Of a DNA stretch of 64,000 nt, positions 8,055 through 17,231 are shown piece after piece (positions within the stretch are counted from its first letter, which is position 1; each line of letters begins with the position of its first letter). Position numbers and translations under genes: made by a program. The DNA comes from Gemmatimonadaceae bacterium (GTDB lineage Bacteria > Gemmatimonadota > Gemmatimonadetes > Gemmatimonadales > Gemmatimonadaceae), in NCBI GenBank assembly GCA_035273165.1, contig DATEPP010000139.1, forward strand, positions 158 to 64,157, in the 5' to 3' direction. Below the pieces are notes generated by a model. The model was not told the origin of the DNA, made no database searches, and worked only from the letters and a program-made list of their open reading frames with translations.

Positions 8055-9847
8055 TGATCGTCCATCCGATCGAGGTAGAGCACGAAGTCCCCGAACGCAC
8101 TCTCGCAGCGCCAGTAATCGCGCCGATAACCGTCGTCCCACCAGTCGCCGGAGAGCCGCTCCGGCCCGACGGCGCGCTCGATCGTTAGGCGCCGGCCCCG
8201 CCAGGTCACGGTGCGTGGCACGCCGTCGTCGCAGAGGACGAACACCGACTCCGGTGACTCGAGCAGCCGGATGGCGGGGTCGGCGCCCGCGGGCGCCGTC
8301 CCCAGGGCCGTGTTGCTGGAGGAGGACGCCAGCGACGGAGCATCCTCAGCCGCGTCCGCCCACGTCCCCATCCGCTCCGGGACATGCGCGTCGCGCGCCA
8401 CCGGCCTAACGACGACGTTCGGGCCCAGCTCGGCGCGCAGCCGCGCGAGCGCGGCATCGACAGCCGCTCCATCGCGCCACGTCGCGTCCAGCAGCTCGCC
8501 TTGCTCTCCGGAGAGCGGCGCCGCGGCGACGACTGCCACCCCGACTCCGATCGCCGGCGCCGTCAACGACCAGTGGTCGAGCAGAGCGCGGCAGCGCTCG
8601 AACAGGGGAGCGGAGCGGGCCACGGGGCGGGGGAGTCGAATTTCGCGCGTCACTGTGTGCGCCCGCGCGAGCGCGTTCGTCGGCAGCGCTCCGCGGCGGT
8701 CGTCGAGACTGATCGTGATCGACAGCGCCGCCACCGCCTGGCCGCGGCTGGCCAGCTGTGTCGTTAGGCGATCAAGCGCCGCGCGCACGAGAAAGAGAAT
8801 CGGCTCCATCGTCGTCGCCGCCATCGGCAGCTCCGCCTCGACCGCCGGGAAGTCGACGACACGCGCCAGCACCGGCCGCCTGGAATCCTCTCCCCGGGCC
8901 AGACGCCAGGCGCCGAGGCCTTCCTGTCCCCAGCGCCGCTCTACGTCCTCTGCTGACAGCGCGGCGAACGAACCCACGTTGCGTAGCCCGAGCGCCTGCA
9001 GCGCCAGCCGCAGCTCGTCGTCCATCGGCACGAGCGCCAGCGGTGCCGGCGCGAGATACGCCGCGTCGTGGCCATGCGGCACGATGCACACGAGCGACCG
9101 ATCGTCTCCCTGCTGAAAGGACGTTCCCGCCCACGTCGCCGCGCGAGCCGCGACGCACGAATCCGCGATCGCCACGCGCGATCGTGGATGCCAGCGTGCC
9201 GCGATACGCCGAAGCGTGTACGCCAGCTCCCGCTCGCCGCTCCGGCCGCCGAATCCCGACGCGCCGACCCACCACATTCCGGGCACCCCAGCGACCGGCG
9301 TGATCTGAGGGCTCGCCTCGAGCAGGAGCGCGGTCATCTCCGTCGTCGCTGCCGCGACCGCGACGTCATCCCACGGGTACTCGTGCAGCTCGGCGCAGAT
9401 CGCACGCGCCTCGGCGATCGTCATGCCTGCGCGAATGCCGGCTCGCCCCGCCGCTGCCGACACGGCACGCAGCCGTCGTCGCCCCGCGATCGCCTTCGGT
9501 CCGCCGAGCTCCGTCAGGACGATCGGCGCGTCATCCCAATGTCCCGGTAGCGATGGCGCGTTCGTCCAGGGGCCCGAGGTGGGACGGAGTGTGGAGATCG
9601 CCGGCGCCGAATTCGGGCTCGGCGCAGCGGCGCTTCCGGGCGAGAACGCGTCCAGCGCCCCCTGCTTCGTTAGGCGCGCCGGCTCCATGGCCCGGAACGG
9701 GAGCATGAGTTGCACGTCGCTCGCTCCCAGGTCGCCCCGTCTGGCGGCGCGCCACACCGCGCCGATCGGGAACCTCGGGATGCGTACACAGGCGACGCGC
9801 CACTCCAATTGCACAGCTGACCTCCACGGTTCGATGAATGCCTCCAC
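8027..9847 (-). CDS. imuB: ImuB, Y-family-polymerase-like mutasome subunit
   Basis: 606 aa. N-terminal ACVRIPRFPIGAVW is typical of the ImuB/DinB-fold start. Position between imuA and dnaE2. GTG start at 9847. Confidence 0.85.
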   Translation of the reverse strand: MEAFIEPWRSAVQLEWRVACVRIPRFPIGAVWRAARRGDLGASDVQLMLPFRAMEPARLTKQGALDAFSPGSAAAPSPNSAPAISTLRPTSGPWTNAPSLPGHWDDAPIVLTELGGPKAIAGRRRLRAVSAAAGRAGIRAGMTIAEARAICAELHEYPWDDVAVAAATTEMTALLLEASPQITPVAGVPGMWWVGASGFGGRSGERELAYTLRRIAARWHPRSRVAIADSCVAARAATWAGTSFQQGDDRSLVCIVPHGHDAAYLAPAPLALVPMDDELRLALQALGLRNVGSFAALSAEDVERRWGQEGLGAWRLARGEDSRRPVLARVVDFPAVEAELPMAATTMEPILFLVRAALDRLTTQLASRGQAVAALSITISLDDRRGALPTNALARAHTVTREIRLPRPVARSAPLFERCRALLDHWSLTAPAIGVGVAVVAAAPLSGEQGELLDATWRDGAAVDAALARLRAELGPNVVVRPVARDAHVPERMGTWADAAEDAPSLASSSSNTALGTAPAGADPAIRLLESPESVFVLCDDGVPRTVTWRGRRLTIERAVGPERLSGDWWDDGYRRDYWRCESAFGDFVLYLDRMDDQWWVQGWFD

Positions 9848-10517
9848 CCCCTTTCTCCACGACGATGGTCATGCGTCTGGTAGGTGGAGGGTGGTCTCGG
9901 GGCGCAGAGTGCGGGACGCGTGCTGCGGGACGCGGGACGAGGGACGCGGGGAGTCTCGAGTCACGAGGAGTCAGCGCATCCCGCGTCCCGCGTCCCGCGC
10001 CCCGCATTACGCGCAGTCGCACCGCGCCGCCGAGGAGGGAGGTGTGCCCTTCCTCCCCGGCGATGACGAGGGCGGCTCCCGATTCACGCGCGAGCCTCGT
10101 TAGGCGCACCGCCACGGCGCGCGACAACATCGGCCCCGAATCGATCACCACGAGCGCGAACGCACCGCACCGCAACAACACGTCGGCACACCACGCCGCG
10201 CGCGAAGGGTCGCGCGGCCGGATCATCCATAATCCTTCGCTGCCGAGATGCGCCCAGTCGCGCGGCGCGAGCGTACGTGTCGCGTCGATGTACGCCACCC
10301 ACCCCGCTGCGTCCAGCGTGCGTGCGACGATCTGACGCAGCAGCGTCGCTTTGCCACTCCCGCGCGCGCCGACAACCTCCGTCAGTCGCCCACGTGGCAA
10401 ACCTCCACCCACCAGCCGCGCATCTAGTGCTTCCACCCCTGTCGGCAGGGCGCTTCCCTCGACACTGGGTGCGGAGAGAGGGTGGGGGAGGAGGTCGACG
10501 AGAGACTGTGGAAGCAT
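9531..10517 (-). CDS. imuA: ImuA (RecA/SulA-like mutasome subunit) with in-frame repeat insertion and a long C-terminal overlap of imuB
   Basis: Walker-A-like GARGSGKATLL and RecA-fold pattern. ATG 10517 was preferred over TTG 10595. The frame only stops at 9531, 316 nt inside imuB. Confidence 0.7.
   Translation of the reverse strand: MLPQSLVDLLPHPLSAPSVEGSALPTGVEALDARLVGGGLPRGRLTEVVGARGSGKATLLRQIVARTLDAAGWVAYIDATRTLAPRDWAHLGSEGLWMIRPRDPSRAAWCADVLLRCGAFALVVIDSGPMLSRAVAVRLTRLARESGAALVIAGEEGHTSLLGGAVRLRVMRGAGRGTRDALTPRDSRLPASLVPRPAARVPHSAPRDHPPPTRRMTIVVEKGGGGIHRTVEVSCAIGVARRLCTHPEVPDRRGVARRQTGRPGSERRATHAPVPGHGAGAPNEAGGAGRVLARKRRCAEPEFGAGDLHTPSHLGPLDERAIATGTLG
9911..10005. repeat. Inverted (GGGACGC)n / (GCGTCCC)n heptamer arrays inside imuA, with G4 motifs on both strands
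   Basis: 9927-9951 reads GGGacgcGGGacgaGGGacgcGGGG. 9978-10005 reads atcccgcgtcccgcgtcccgcgccccgc. In-frame in imuA. Confidence 0.85.
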
Positions 10518-10589
10518 CGGAGTTTGGTCGGGAATCACTCCCGCGACCGCCGAGACTGCCGCGACGCGAAGGGGCGAATAAGCTATCCC

Positions 10590-10604
10590 GAACAAAAACC
10601 GAAA
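10590..10604. promoter_or_regulatory. Candidate LexA (SOS) box, GAAC-N7-GAAA
   Basis: gaacaaaaaccgaaa lies in the imuA/yggL divergent region and resembles the alphaproteobacterial GTTC-N7-GTTC direct-repeat box. The LexA motif of this lineage is unknown to me. Confidence 0.2.
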
Positions 10605-10697
10605 GCAAGAAGGAGGCCTTCCCCCGAGAGCTTGACGGTGATTCCGGCTCGCGCCACGCTACACAAGCCTGCAATACCGCACCGGCAAGGAGGAAGG

Positions 10698-11021
10698 ATG
10701 GATCATCTCACCCCCAGGACCACGCTCGGCTTCTCCATCCGCTTTCAGCTGGCGGCCGGTCTCGGTGAAGACGGCGCGCTCGAGCTCTGGGATGATTTCC
10801 TTGCCGGACCGCTCGGCGGCCGCGGACTGACCTCCCACGCCGTGGATGAGGAGACGAGCGGCCTCGCGCGACTTCTCTATCGTCCGAATGCGAACGCCAC
10901 CGAAGACGATCGACGAGCCGTCCGCGAATGGGCCCGCCGTCGCGGCGAAATCGCCGACTACGACATCGGTCCTCTGACGAGCCTCGGATCACCGCCGCCT
11001 AACGTGAACATCACTTCCTGA
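10698..11021 (+). CDS. yggL: YggL-family (DUF469) 50S ribosome-binding protein
   Basis: ATG 10698 is preceded by aaggaggaagg. LGFSIRFQL...ELWDDFLAGPL...RRAVREWARRRGEI matches the E. coli YggL pattern. Confidence 0.65.
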   Translation: MDHLTPRTTLGFSIRFQLAAGLGEDGALELWDDFLAGPLGGRGLTSHAVDEETSGLARLLYRPNANATEDDRRAVREWARRRGEIADYDIGPLTSLGSPPPNVNITS

Positions 11022-11057
11022 CCTAGAGTCGCTCCTTCTCCGTCGCTGCGTTTGTTC

Positions 11058-12179
11058 TTAGAGGAGCGCGAGCTGCTCTGCTGATCGAGGCGGAGTCGCT
11101 CGACGCGGCTCGGCACCGCTGTCCTCCTCGCCGCCGTCACCGATGTGCCCGAACGGAACTCCGTAGCGGGCGCAGATCCGCTTGAAGTACGCCCGCAGCC
11201 CTTCGCGATAGCGCTCACCCACGGCGTAGCTTCGCGCATACGTCGCGCGGTAGCGTGACGCGAGCTCCGGAAACTCCTGCTCGATGAAGGGGAGATACCG
11301 CTGCCGCGCCGCCGACTGCAGCCGAAGCGCGCACGCATTCACGTACGTCGCGCCACGCTCCGCCACGGTCCGGACCAGCTGATCGAGCTGCTCCGGCCCA
11401 TCCGTGATTCCCGGCAACACTGGCATCACGTTGATCCCGACGTCGATGCCATGCTCCCGCAACCGCGCCAGTGCCCGCACTCGTGCCTCCGGCGTCGGCG
11501 CGCGTGGCTCGAGTCGCCGCGCCAGATTCCGGTCGAGTGTGATCAACGACAGATGGATGGTGATCTCCGAGCTGCGCGCAATGCGACGCAGAAGATCGAC
11601 GTCGCGCGTGACGAGAGGACTCTTCGTGATGATCACGATCGAGAGGCCCGCGTGCTCGGCCAGCACCTCGAGCACGCTCCGCGTGACACGGAAGCGACGC
11701 TCCGCCGGCTGATACGGATCTGTCGCCGTCCCGATGACGATGCTCTCGTCGCCGAGCAGGGCGAGATGCCGGTCGGACCCATGGCGCAGCGCGCGCCGGA
11801 GCACCTCCGCCGCGTTCTCCTTCACGAAGATCCGCCGCTCGAACGCCAGCCACGGTGGCATGGAGTCCATGTCACGTCGCAATCCGTCGTGTTCCGGGTT
11901 CGCGGTCGCGGCGCGCTCGAGAACGTATCGATGTGCATAACGAGCGTAGCAGTATGCACACCCGAAGGCGCAGCCAACGTATGGGTTGATGGACCAGAAG
12001 CCCATCCCCGTCACCTCGGGCCCGTTCAACACACCGCGCGCGACCGAGCCGTAGTAGTTGATATCTTTCTGCTCCCCGATCACCGGCAGCACGCGCACGC
12101 CGAGCGCGGCGTCGGCGAAGAGCGCGCCCTGTTTCGCGCGCCGGAGGGCGGCGGTTTCCGGGGACAATGCGTTTCTCAT
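11058..12179 (-). CDS. Radical SAM protein (SplB/COG1533-like)
   Basis: CxxxCxxC cluster motif YVGCAFGCAYCYARY. Roughly 370 aa from ATG 12179. Confidence 0.8.
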   Translation of the reverse strand: MRNALSPETAALRRAKQGALFADAALGVRVLPVIGEQKDINYYGSVARGVLNGPEVTGMGFWSINPYVGCAFGCAYCYARYAHRYVLERAATANPEHDGLRRDMDSMPPWLAFERRIFVKENAAEVLRRALRHGSDRHLALLGDESIVIGTATDPYQPAERRFRVTRSVLEVLAEHAGLSIVIITKSPLVTRDVDLLRRIARSSEITIHLSLITLDRNLARRLEPRAPTPEARVRALARLREHGIDVGINVMPVLPGITDGPEQLDQLVRTVAERGATYVNACALRLQSAARQRYLPFIEQEFPELASRYRATYARSYAVGERYREGLRAYFKRICARYGVPFGHIGDGGEEDSGAEPRRATPPRSAEQLALL

Positions 12180-12180
12180 A

Positions 12181-13731
12181 GTGAACAGACCCGATCTACC
12201 GAAGATACACCGAAGACGCAAGTACCTCGCCGCGATCGTTGCGGGCGTGGTTGCCGCCATCGGCGTCTGGATGCTTTCGGCACCGCCCGGGCCCGGCCTC
12301 GACCCCGACGCCGCATCGTATCTCGGTGCCGCCGAGTCGGTTGCTCAGGGTCATGGTTATCGGATCCCGATCTCCGACTGGCACTCCGCCGACACTACAT
12401 CGGCTCTCGCGCACTTTCCGCCGGGCTATCCCACCGTCCTCGCCGCCGCGATAGCCGCTGGCGCGACCCCGGCGCACGCCGCGCGTCTCGTCAGCGCCGT
12501 TGCGGCGTTCGTGACGATCGCCGTCGCCACCGCGCTGGTCACGAGCGTCGCTGGCCTCCTCGCCGGCGTCCTGCTCGCCGCCGCGCTCCTCGTTATGCAC
12601 GCGATGGTGATCGTTCACCTGTCCGTGCTCAGCGAGCCGCTCTTCCTCGCCTGCTTCGTCTGCGCCGTCGCCGCGATGGAGCGATACCGGCAGGCGCCTA
12701 ACGAGGCGGCACGTCTCAGCGCGGCAGCGCTCGCCGGCGCAGCCGCCGCGGCCGCCGTCCTCGTACGCTACGCGGGCATCGCGGCGGTCGCCGCTGTCGT
12801 GCTCTGGGTGGCCGCGCCGCCCGCGCCGATCCGCATCCGCGCACGACGTGCGCTCGTCGCCGCTCTTCCGGCGGTCATCTTCTTCGGCGCGTGGGTCGCG
12901 CGATCGTACTTCATGAGCGGTCCCCGCTCCATTCGAGCGCTCGGGCCGTACGGTGGACTCGGCGAGACGCTCGCGACGGGATTCTCGACGTTGGTCGCCT
13001 GGCTCGTTCCTCTGACCTCGGACGATGCGCTGCCTGGCCGGAGCTGGATTGCACTGTGCCTTCTTGCCGGAATGGTGTTTCTCGTCGTCCGCGGCGCGTT
13101 CGCTGCGCGCCGCACGCCGGCCGCTGGGGTGCTTGCCGCGTTGTCGACCCTCGCCGTCTGCTACGTTGCCCTCCTCGTTGCTTCACGCATCCTCGCGGAT
13201 CCTGGCATCCCGTTCGACGAGCGAATTCTCGTACCGCTCTTTGTCCTCGTCGCCATCGGTGTCGCTGTCACGCTCGCAACATGGTGGCGCACTGCCGGTC
13301 GAGTGTCGCGCGCGGCCGTCGGGACTCTCCTCGTCGCCTGGTTCGGCGCGTCGTTCCGCGCATCAGAGGACGATGTGGAATGGATGCTCGAGAACGGGTC
13401 CGATTTCGCGCAGGCGCAGTGGACGGCGTCGCCGGTCCTCGCCTGGACGCGCGCGAACGCCGCGCGGCGTCCACTCTACTCGAACTGGCCGGCGGCGATC
13501 GTGTTCCATCTGCACCGTCCCGCGCACGAGGTGCCTAACGACTCGACCGTCAAGCTGCTGCGCGAGTTCGCCGACACGGTGCGGGTACGGAAGGGCATCG
13601 TGGTCGCGTTCGACCAACCGAGCCCGGACCAGATCGGCGTTACAGCGCTCGCCCGCGCGCCCGGGCTCCACGCCGCCGCGCGGCTCGCGGATGGAACTGT
13701 CTTCGTCCCCGAGCTGCTGCCGGTTCGTTAG
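12181..13731 (+). CDS. Polytopic membrane glycosyltransferase-like protein (ArnT/PMT_2-like)
   Basis: More than 10 predicted TM helices. N-terminal GYRIPISDWHSADTTSALAHFPPGYP loop is typical of GT-C enzymes. GTG 12181 is an uncertain start. Confidence 0.55.
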   Translation: MNRPDLPKIHRRRKYLAAIVAGVVAAIGVWMLSAPPGPGLDPDAASYLGAAESVAQGHGYRIPISDWHSADTTSALAHFPPGYPTVLAAAIAAGATPAHAARLVSAVAAFVTIAVATALVTSVAGLLAGVLLAAALLVMHAMVIVHLSVLSEPLFLACFVCAVAAMERYRQAPNEAARLSAAALAGAAAAAAVLVRYAGIAAVAAVVLWVAAPPAPIRIRARRALVAALPAVIFFGAWVARSYFMSGPRSIRALGPYGGLGETLATGFSTLVAWLVPLTSDDALPGRSWIALCLLAGMVFLVVRGAFAARRTPAAGVLAALSTLAVCYVALLVASRILADPGIPFDERILVPLFVLVAIGVAVTLATWWRTAGRVSRAAVGTLLVAWFGASFRASEDDVEWMLENGSDFAQAQWTASPVLAWTRANAARRPLYSNWPAAIVFHLHRPAHEVPNDSTVKLLREFADTVRVRKGIVVAFDQPSPDQIGVTALARAPGLHAAARLADGTVFVPELLPVR

Positions 13732-14363
13732 GGATCCAGGGTCATGCCGACGCGCAGGCCGCCCTCCGGCGCCGGGCGCGCGAAAAAATTGCCGTATCGG
13801 CTGTTGTGCGCGATTCGCCACGTGTGCGCGAGAGCGAGCCCTCCGAAGATCGCCGTGATGCTCGCCTTGTTCAGCTTCGACGTACGCGCCATGAAGTCGA
13901 CGTCCGAGACGCTGCCGGTGCGTCCGATCGTGACGTAAAAGAACGACGTCGCCACGCCCCCGGCGAGCAATCCTCGTTCGAACGCTCCGGCGCGTCGAGA
14001 ATGGTGCGGCGCGTCGAGTAGTCCCTCGTCGATCAGCGATTGCACCGTCAGTCCCGCGGAGGAGAACACGAACTGCTTGCGCGGCTCCGCCGTCGCATCG
14101 ATACCCGAGTAGATCGTCGGTCGGCCTTCGTTGAGCCCGAAGCTCGGTCGGCCGCCCACCGCGTACGCGGCGGCGACGTGCGCTCCCTCGTGCGCGAGAA
14201 TGCTCGAGGCAAATCCCGTGGCGAAGAGCGTCCACCAACGCCGTGCCCCGCCGCCGTTGTGCGAAGTCCCGAGACTGTCGCCTTGTGTTTGCGCTTTGAT
14301 AGCGCGTGGCGCCATGAGTGTGAGGATCGCTGCCAACGTGCAGGTCAGGGTGGCGCGTGACAT
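13728..14363 (-). CDS. Secreted or membrane hypothetical protein with HExxH motif
   Basis: Signal peptide MSRATLTCTLAAILTLMAPRAIKAQ. ILAHEGAHVAAA is a zinc-metalloprotease-like HExxH. Confidence 0.5.
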   Translation of the reverse strand: MSRATLTCTLAAILTLMAPRAIKAQTQGDSLGTSHNGGGARRWWTLFATGFASSILAHEGAHVAAAYAVGGRPSFGLNEGRPTIYSGIDATAEPRKQFVFSSAGLTVQSLIDEGLLDAPHHSRRAGAFERGLLAGGVATSFFYVTIGRTGSVSDVDFMARTSKLNKASITAIFGGLALAHTWRIAHNSRYGNFFARPAPEGGLRVGMTLDP

Positions 14364-14454
14364 CGATCTTCGGTGCAGCCGTCGCCAAGCATGGCCGAGG
14401 CGTCCGTAATTCCTTATGATCTCTAGCGTCCCACCTTCAGGACTTATCAGCTCC

Positions 14455-14745
14455 ATGCGCACCAAGCTCTCCGATCTCGAGATTCAACGTGCCCTCGGCC
14501 GTCTCACAGGGTGGGCTCGTCGGGGCGATACTCTCATGAAGACATATACCTTCGGATCGTTCGCCGATGGTATCGGCTTCGTGAACCGCGTCGCCAAAGC
14601 GGCCGACGCAAGCGATCACCACCCTGACATCGACATTCGCTACACGAAGATCACGTGTACCCTGTCGACTCACGACGCGGGTGGCATCACCGAAGCCGAT
14701 CTCAAACTCGCTGACGAGATCGAGAAGGCCGCGGCGAAGTCATAG
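14455..14745 (+). CDS. Pterin-4-alpha-carbinolamine dehydratase
   Basis: About 96 aa with WAR....L.KTYTF.SF..GIGFVNRVA..A....HHPDI motif. Confidence 0.8.
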   Translation: MRTKLSDLEIQRALGRLTGWARRGDTLMKTYTFGSFADGIGFVNRVAKAADASDHHPDIDIRYTKITCTLSTHDAGGITEADLKLADEIEKAAAKS

Positions 14746-15468
14746 ACCCTCGAAGAGACTTTCCGTCACCGATCGCGGCTGCGAAACGCCCGCCGCGAGG
14801 GCGAACCGCTCCGTCGGCAGCATCGTCAGCTCCTCGAATCGCTTTTCGTGCTGCCGCTGGCTGGCATGGGCGAGGAATGCTTCGCGCTTGGTCGCGAGAT
14901 GTTCCGTCACCGGCACGCGGCAGCTGACGGCAAGGCTCAGGGCTTTCAGCTCCGCCTCAGGAGACGGTGCATCCCAGGCTGCGTAATAGAGCCGGGAAGG
15001 GGAGTGCGGTTCTACTTCGCGCAGCTGGTCGGCGTACTCCGTCGCGAGTCCTGCGAGAAAGAATGCCGCCGTTGCGGCACGCGAGATCGCCCGATGATCG
15101 CGATGCTGGGTCGGTGCGCCCTCTGGGCCGAAGGTGAGCATCACGTCAGGCCGATGCCGTCGCACGAAGTAGACGATCTCGCCAATCAAGCGGTCGGAAT
15201 CCACCTCCTTCAGCACGCCGTCACCGTGACCGGGCGTGGAGAGCGATGCGATGCCAAGGATCCGACTCGCCGCCGCGAGCTCTGTGCGACGCATCGCTCC
15301 GAGCTCGGCCCGAGACGAAACGAGGATGCCGGAGCTTTTTCCGGCATCCCCATCAGTGGCGCAGAACAGATCGACGCGATGTCCAGCTGCCGTTAGCTTC
15401 GCGATCGTCGCACCGGCCACGAACGTTTCGTCGTCCGGATGAGCGAAGACGCAGCCGAGTCGGTACAC
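14740..15468 (-). CDS. PIG-L family (LmbE-like) deacetylase
   Basis: N-terminal VFAHPDDE motif and HRDH downstream. 242 aa. Confidence 0.8.
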   Translation of the reverse strand: MYRLGCVFAHPDDETFVAGATIAKLTAAGHRVDLFCATDGDAGKSSGILVSSRAELGAMRRTELAAASRILGIASLSTPGHGDGVLKEVDSDRLIGEIVYFVRRHRPDVMLTFGPEGAPTQHRDHRAISRAATAAFFLAGLATEYADQLREVEPHSPSRLYYAAWDAPSPEAELKALSLAVSCRVPVTEHLATKREAFLAHASQRQHEKRFEELTMLPTERFALAAGVSQPRSVTESLFEGL

Positions 15469-15491
15469 CGTGGTCCGCCGTTAGGCCGCGC

Positions 15492-16184
15492 CTAGTTGCG
15501 GCGGTTCCCTCCGCCAAGCAGCTGCAGCACCGCGAGGAAGATGTTCAACAGGTCGAGATAGATCTGAACAGCGGCCGGAACGTAATCGTCCTCCCCATAC
15601 GCTCCAGAGCGAACGATACGCCAGGTGTCGAACACCAGCAGGCCGCCGAAGACGAAGATCGTTCCCGCCGCGAGCCAGAGGGAAGCGGTTGGATTGCGGA
15701 AGAACATGTTCAACAGGGACGTCGCGATCAGAACCCAGAGCCCAATCGTGAAAAAACCGCCCCACGCGCTGAAATCGCGCCGGCTCAGCACGGCGTACAG
15801 TGACAGCACGCCGAACGTCGTGAGGGTGAGCAGACCAGCCTGACCAAGGACACCGGGTTGCATCCGCTCATAGAGCACGAGCAGCGGCGATATCCAGATC
15901 CCTTCGATGAACGTGAAGAGAAAGGTGAAGCCGAGGTTCTGCGGGAACGTGCGATGATTGCGCATCGCCATGTACAGCGGGACGAGCGCGCAGATGAACG
16001 TCAGGAAGGGATGCTGCGCCACCGCGGTGAAAAGGCGCGGCTGAGTGACGGCGAAGCCCGCGCCGAGCATGGTGACGACGATGCTCGCAAAGACGAGCGC
16101 GTACGTACGACGCACGAGCGTGGCACGCTCGACGCCGCTGCGGATCGGAAAAGTTCTGACGGCAGGGTTATACGAGAAGCCCAT
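15492..16184 (-). CDS. BAX inhibitor-1/YccA family membrane protein
   Basis: 230 aa with 7 TM helices. C-terminal LDLLNIFLAVLQLLGG is typical of the BI-1 family. Confidence 0.85.
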   Translation of the reverse strand: MGFSYNPAVRTFPIRSGVERATLVRRTYALVFASIVVTMLGAGFAVTQPRLFTAVAQHPFLTFICALVPLYMAMRNHRTFPQNLGFTFLFTFIEGIWISPLLVLYERMQPGVLGQAGLLTLTTFGVLSLYAVLSRRDFSAWGGFFTIGLWVLIATSLLNMFFRNPTASLWLAAGTIFVFGGLLVFDTWRIVRSGAYGEDDYVPAAVQIYLDLLNIFLAVLQLLGGGNRRN

Positions 16185-16258
16185 GGCGAGCTTTAACTCC
16201 GTTGGAGAATTCGACGAGAATATATACCCAGCACCGAGACGAAAGAGCCGGAGCTTCG

Positions 16259-17137
16259 TCAGCTCCGCGGCCGCGGCGCGACTGGCCGCGGCGGTTTCGG
16301 TGGACGGGGCGGCTCCGTCTCCGTTCCCCCCGTGGACTTCAAGAGGGAAACATTGCCGTTCACAGTCTTCAGCGTGATCTCTCGTGACGAGCTTCCGATC
16401 TGGCCATGGAGACGGCGCTTGCTCAACTCTCCCTCCGTGGTGACCGCAAAGTCACTCCGGATGCTGCCGTTCACGGTACGGAGGTCCACCTCGGCCTCGA
16501 GATCCGGTGGTAGCACAGCGGTCATACTCCCATTCACGCTTTCGAGTGTGACCTCCTCGTCGGAGGCAAGCGAGTCGATGACGGCGTCGATGCTGCCGTT
16601 CGTGCTCTTCGCTTCTACCGCTCCAGCCGCGTGGTGAATGTCGATCGACCCATTCACCGTCGCCGCGTCGATGCCACCCGTGACGCCCGAGAGGGAGATC
16701 GATCCGTTCATCGTGCGAGCGTCGACCTTCACCTGCGACGGGAGCTCGACGCGGAACGACGCCATCGCGTTCGTCGACCGCCGCTTGAAGAGGCTGAAGA
16801 TGTCGAGCCAGGAGTGGCCGGAATCGCCGAACGACCCGCTGTCTTCGTCGCAGTCGGAACGGCTGCTGCGCAGGGCACACACGTAAAGTTCGTCGCCGTC
16901 GCGTTTCCAGGCGAACCGGATAGGATCGTTTCGCCCCACCCAGTGAGTGGCGCCCGTGACCCGCGCGAACCGGGTGCTGCCCGCGGCGACGTCGATGCGT
17001 CCGGTTCCAGTGCGCAGGTGGATCGTGGTCCCTGGCTCGAGCTCCGCCTCCCAGCGGAACGCGTCGGGCGAATCGTGCGCCCGGCGTCCGCACGCCATGA
17101 CCGCGAAGAGCGCAAGCAGCGAGAACAGCGTTCGCAT
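16259..17137 (-). CDS. DUF4097-family putative adhesin/beta-helix lipoprotein (paralog 1)
   Basis: Signal/lipobox MRTLFSLLALFAVMACG. Repeated NGSI/VNGS beta-strand units. Confidence 0.7.
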   Translation of the reverse strand: MRTLFSLLALFAVMACGRRAHDSPDAFRWEAELEPGTTIHLRTGTGRIDVAAGSTRFARVTGATHWVGRNDPIRFAWKRDGDELYVCALRSSRSDCDEDSGSFGDSGHSWLDIFSLFKRRSTNAMASFRVELPSQVKVDARTMNGSISLSGVTGGIDAATVNGSIDIHHAAGAVEAKSTNGSIDAVIDSLASDEEVTLESVNGSMTAVLPPDLEAEVDLRTVNGSIRSDFAVTTEGELSKRRLHGQIGSSSREITLKTVNGNVSLLKSTGGTETEPPRPPKPPRPVAPRPRS

Positions 17138-17231
17138 GACTCCCTCTCGTCGTGACGCCAGAAAGATCTCACACAAAGGGCGCGTCCCGCCATACGGCGA
17201 GACGCGCCCCCGGGATTCCTGACAACTGCCG

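Noticed and set aside
12177-12183. Divergent start codons of the radical-SAM gene (ATG 12179, minus) and the GT-C-like membrane protein (GTG 12181, plus), only 1 nt apart.
   Set aside because: This is probably an artefact of my start-codon choice for one of the two genes rather than a real zero-length divergent promoter region, so I do not interpret it further.
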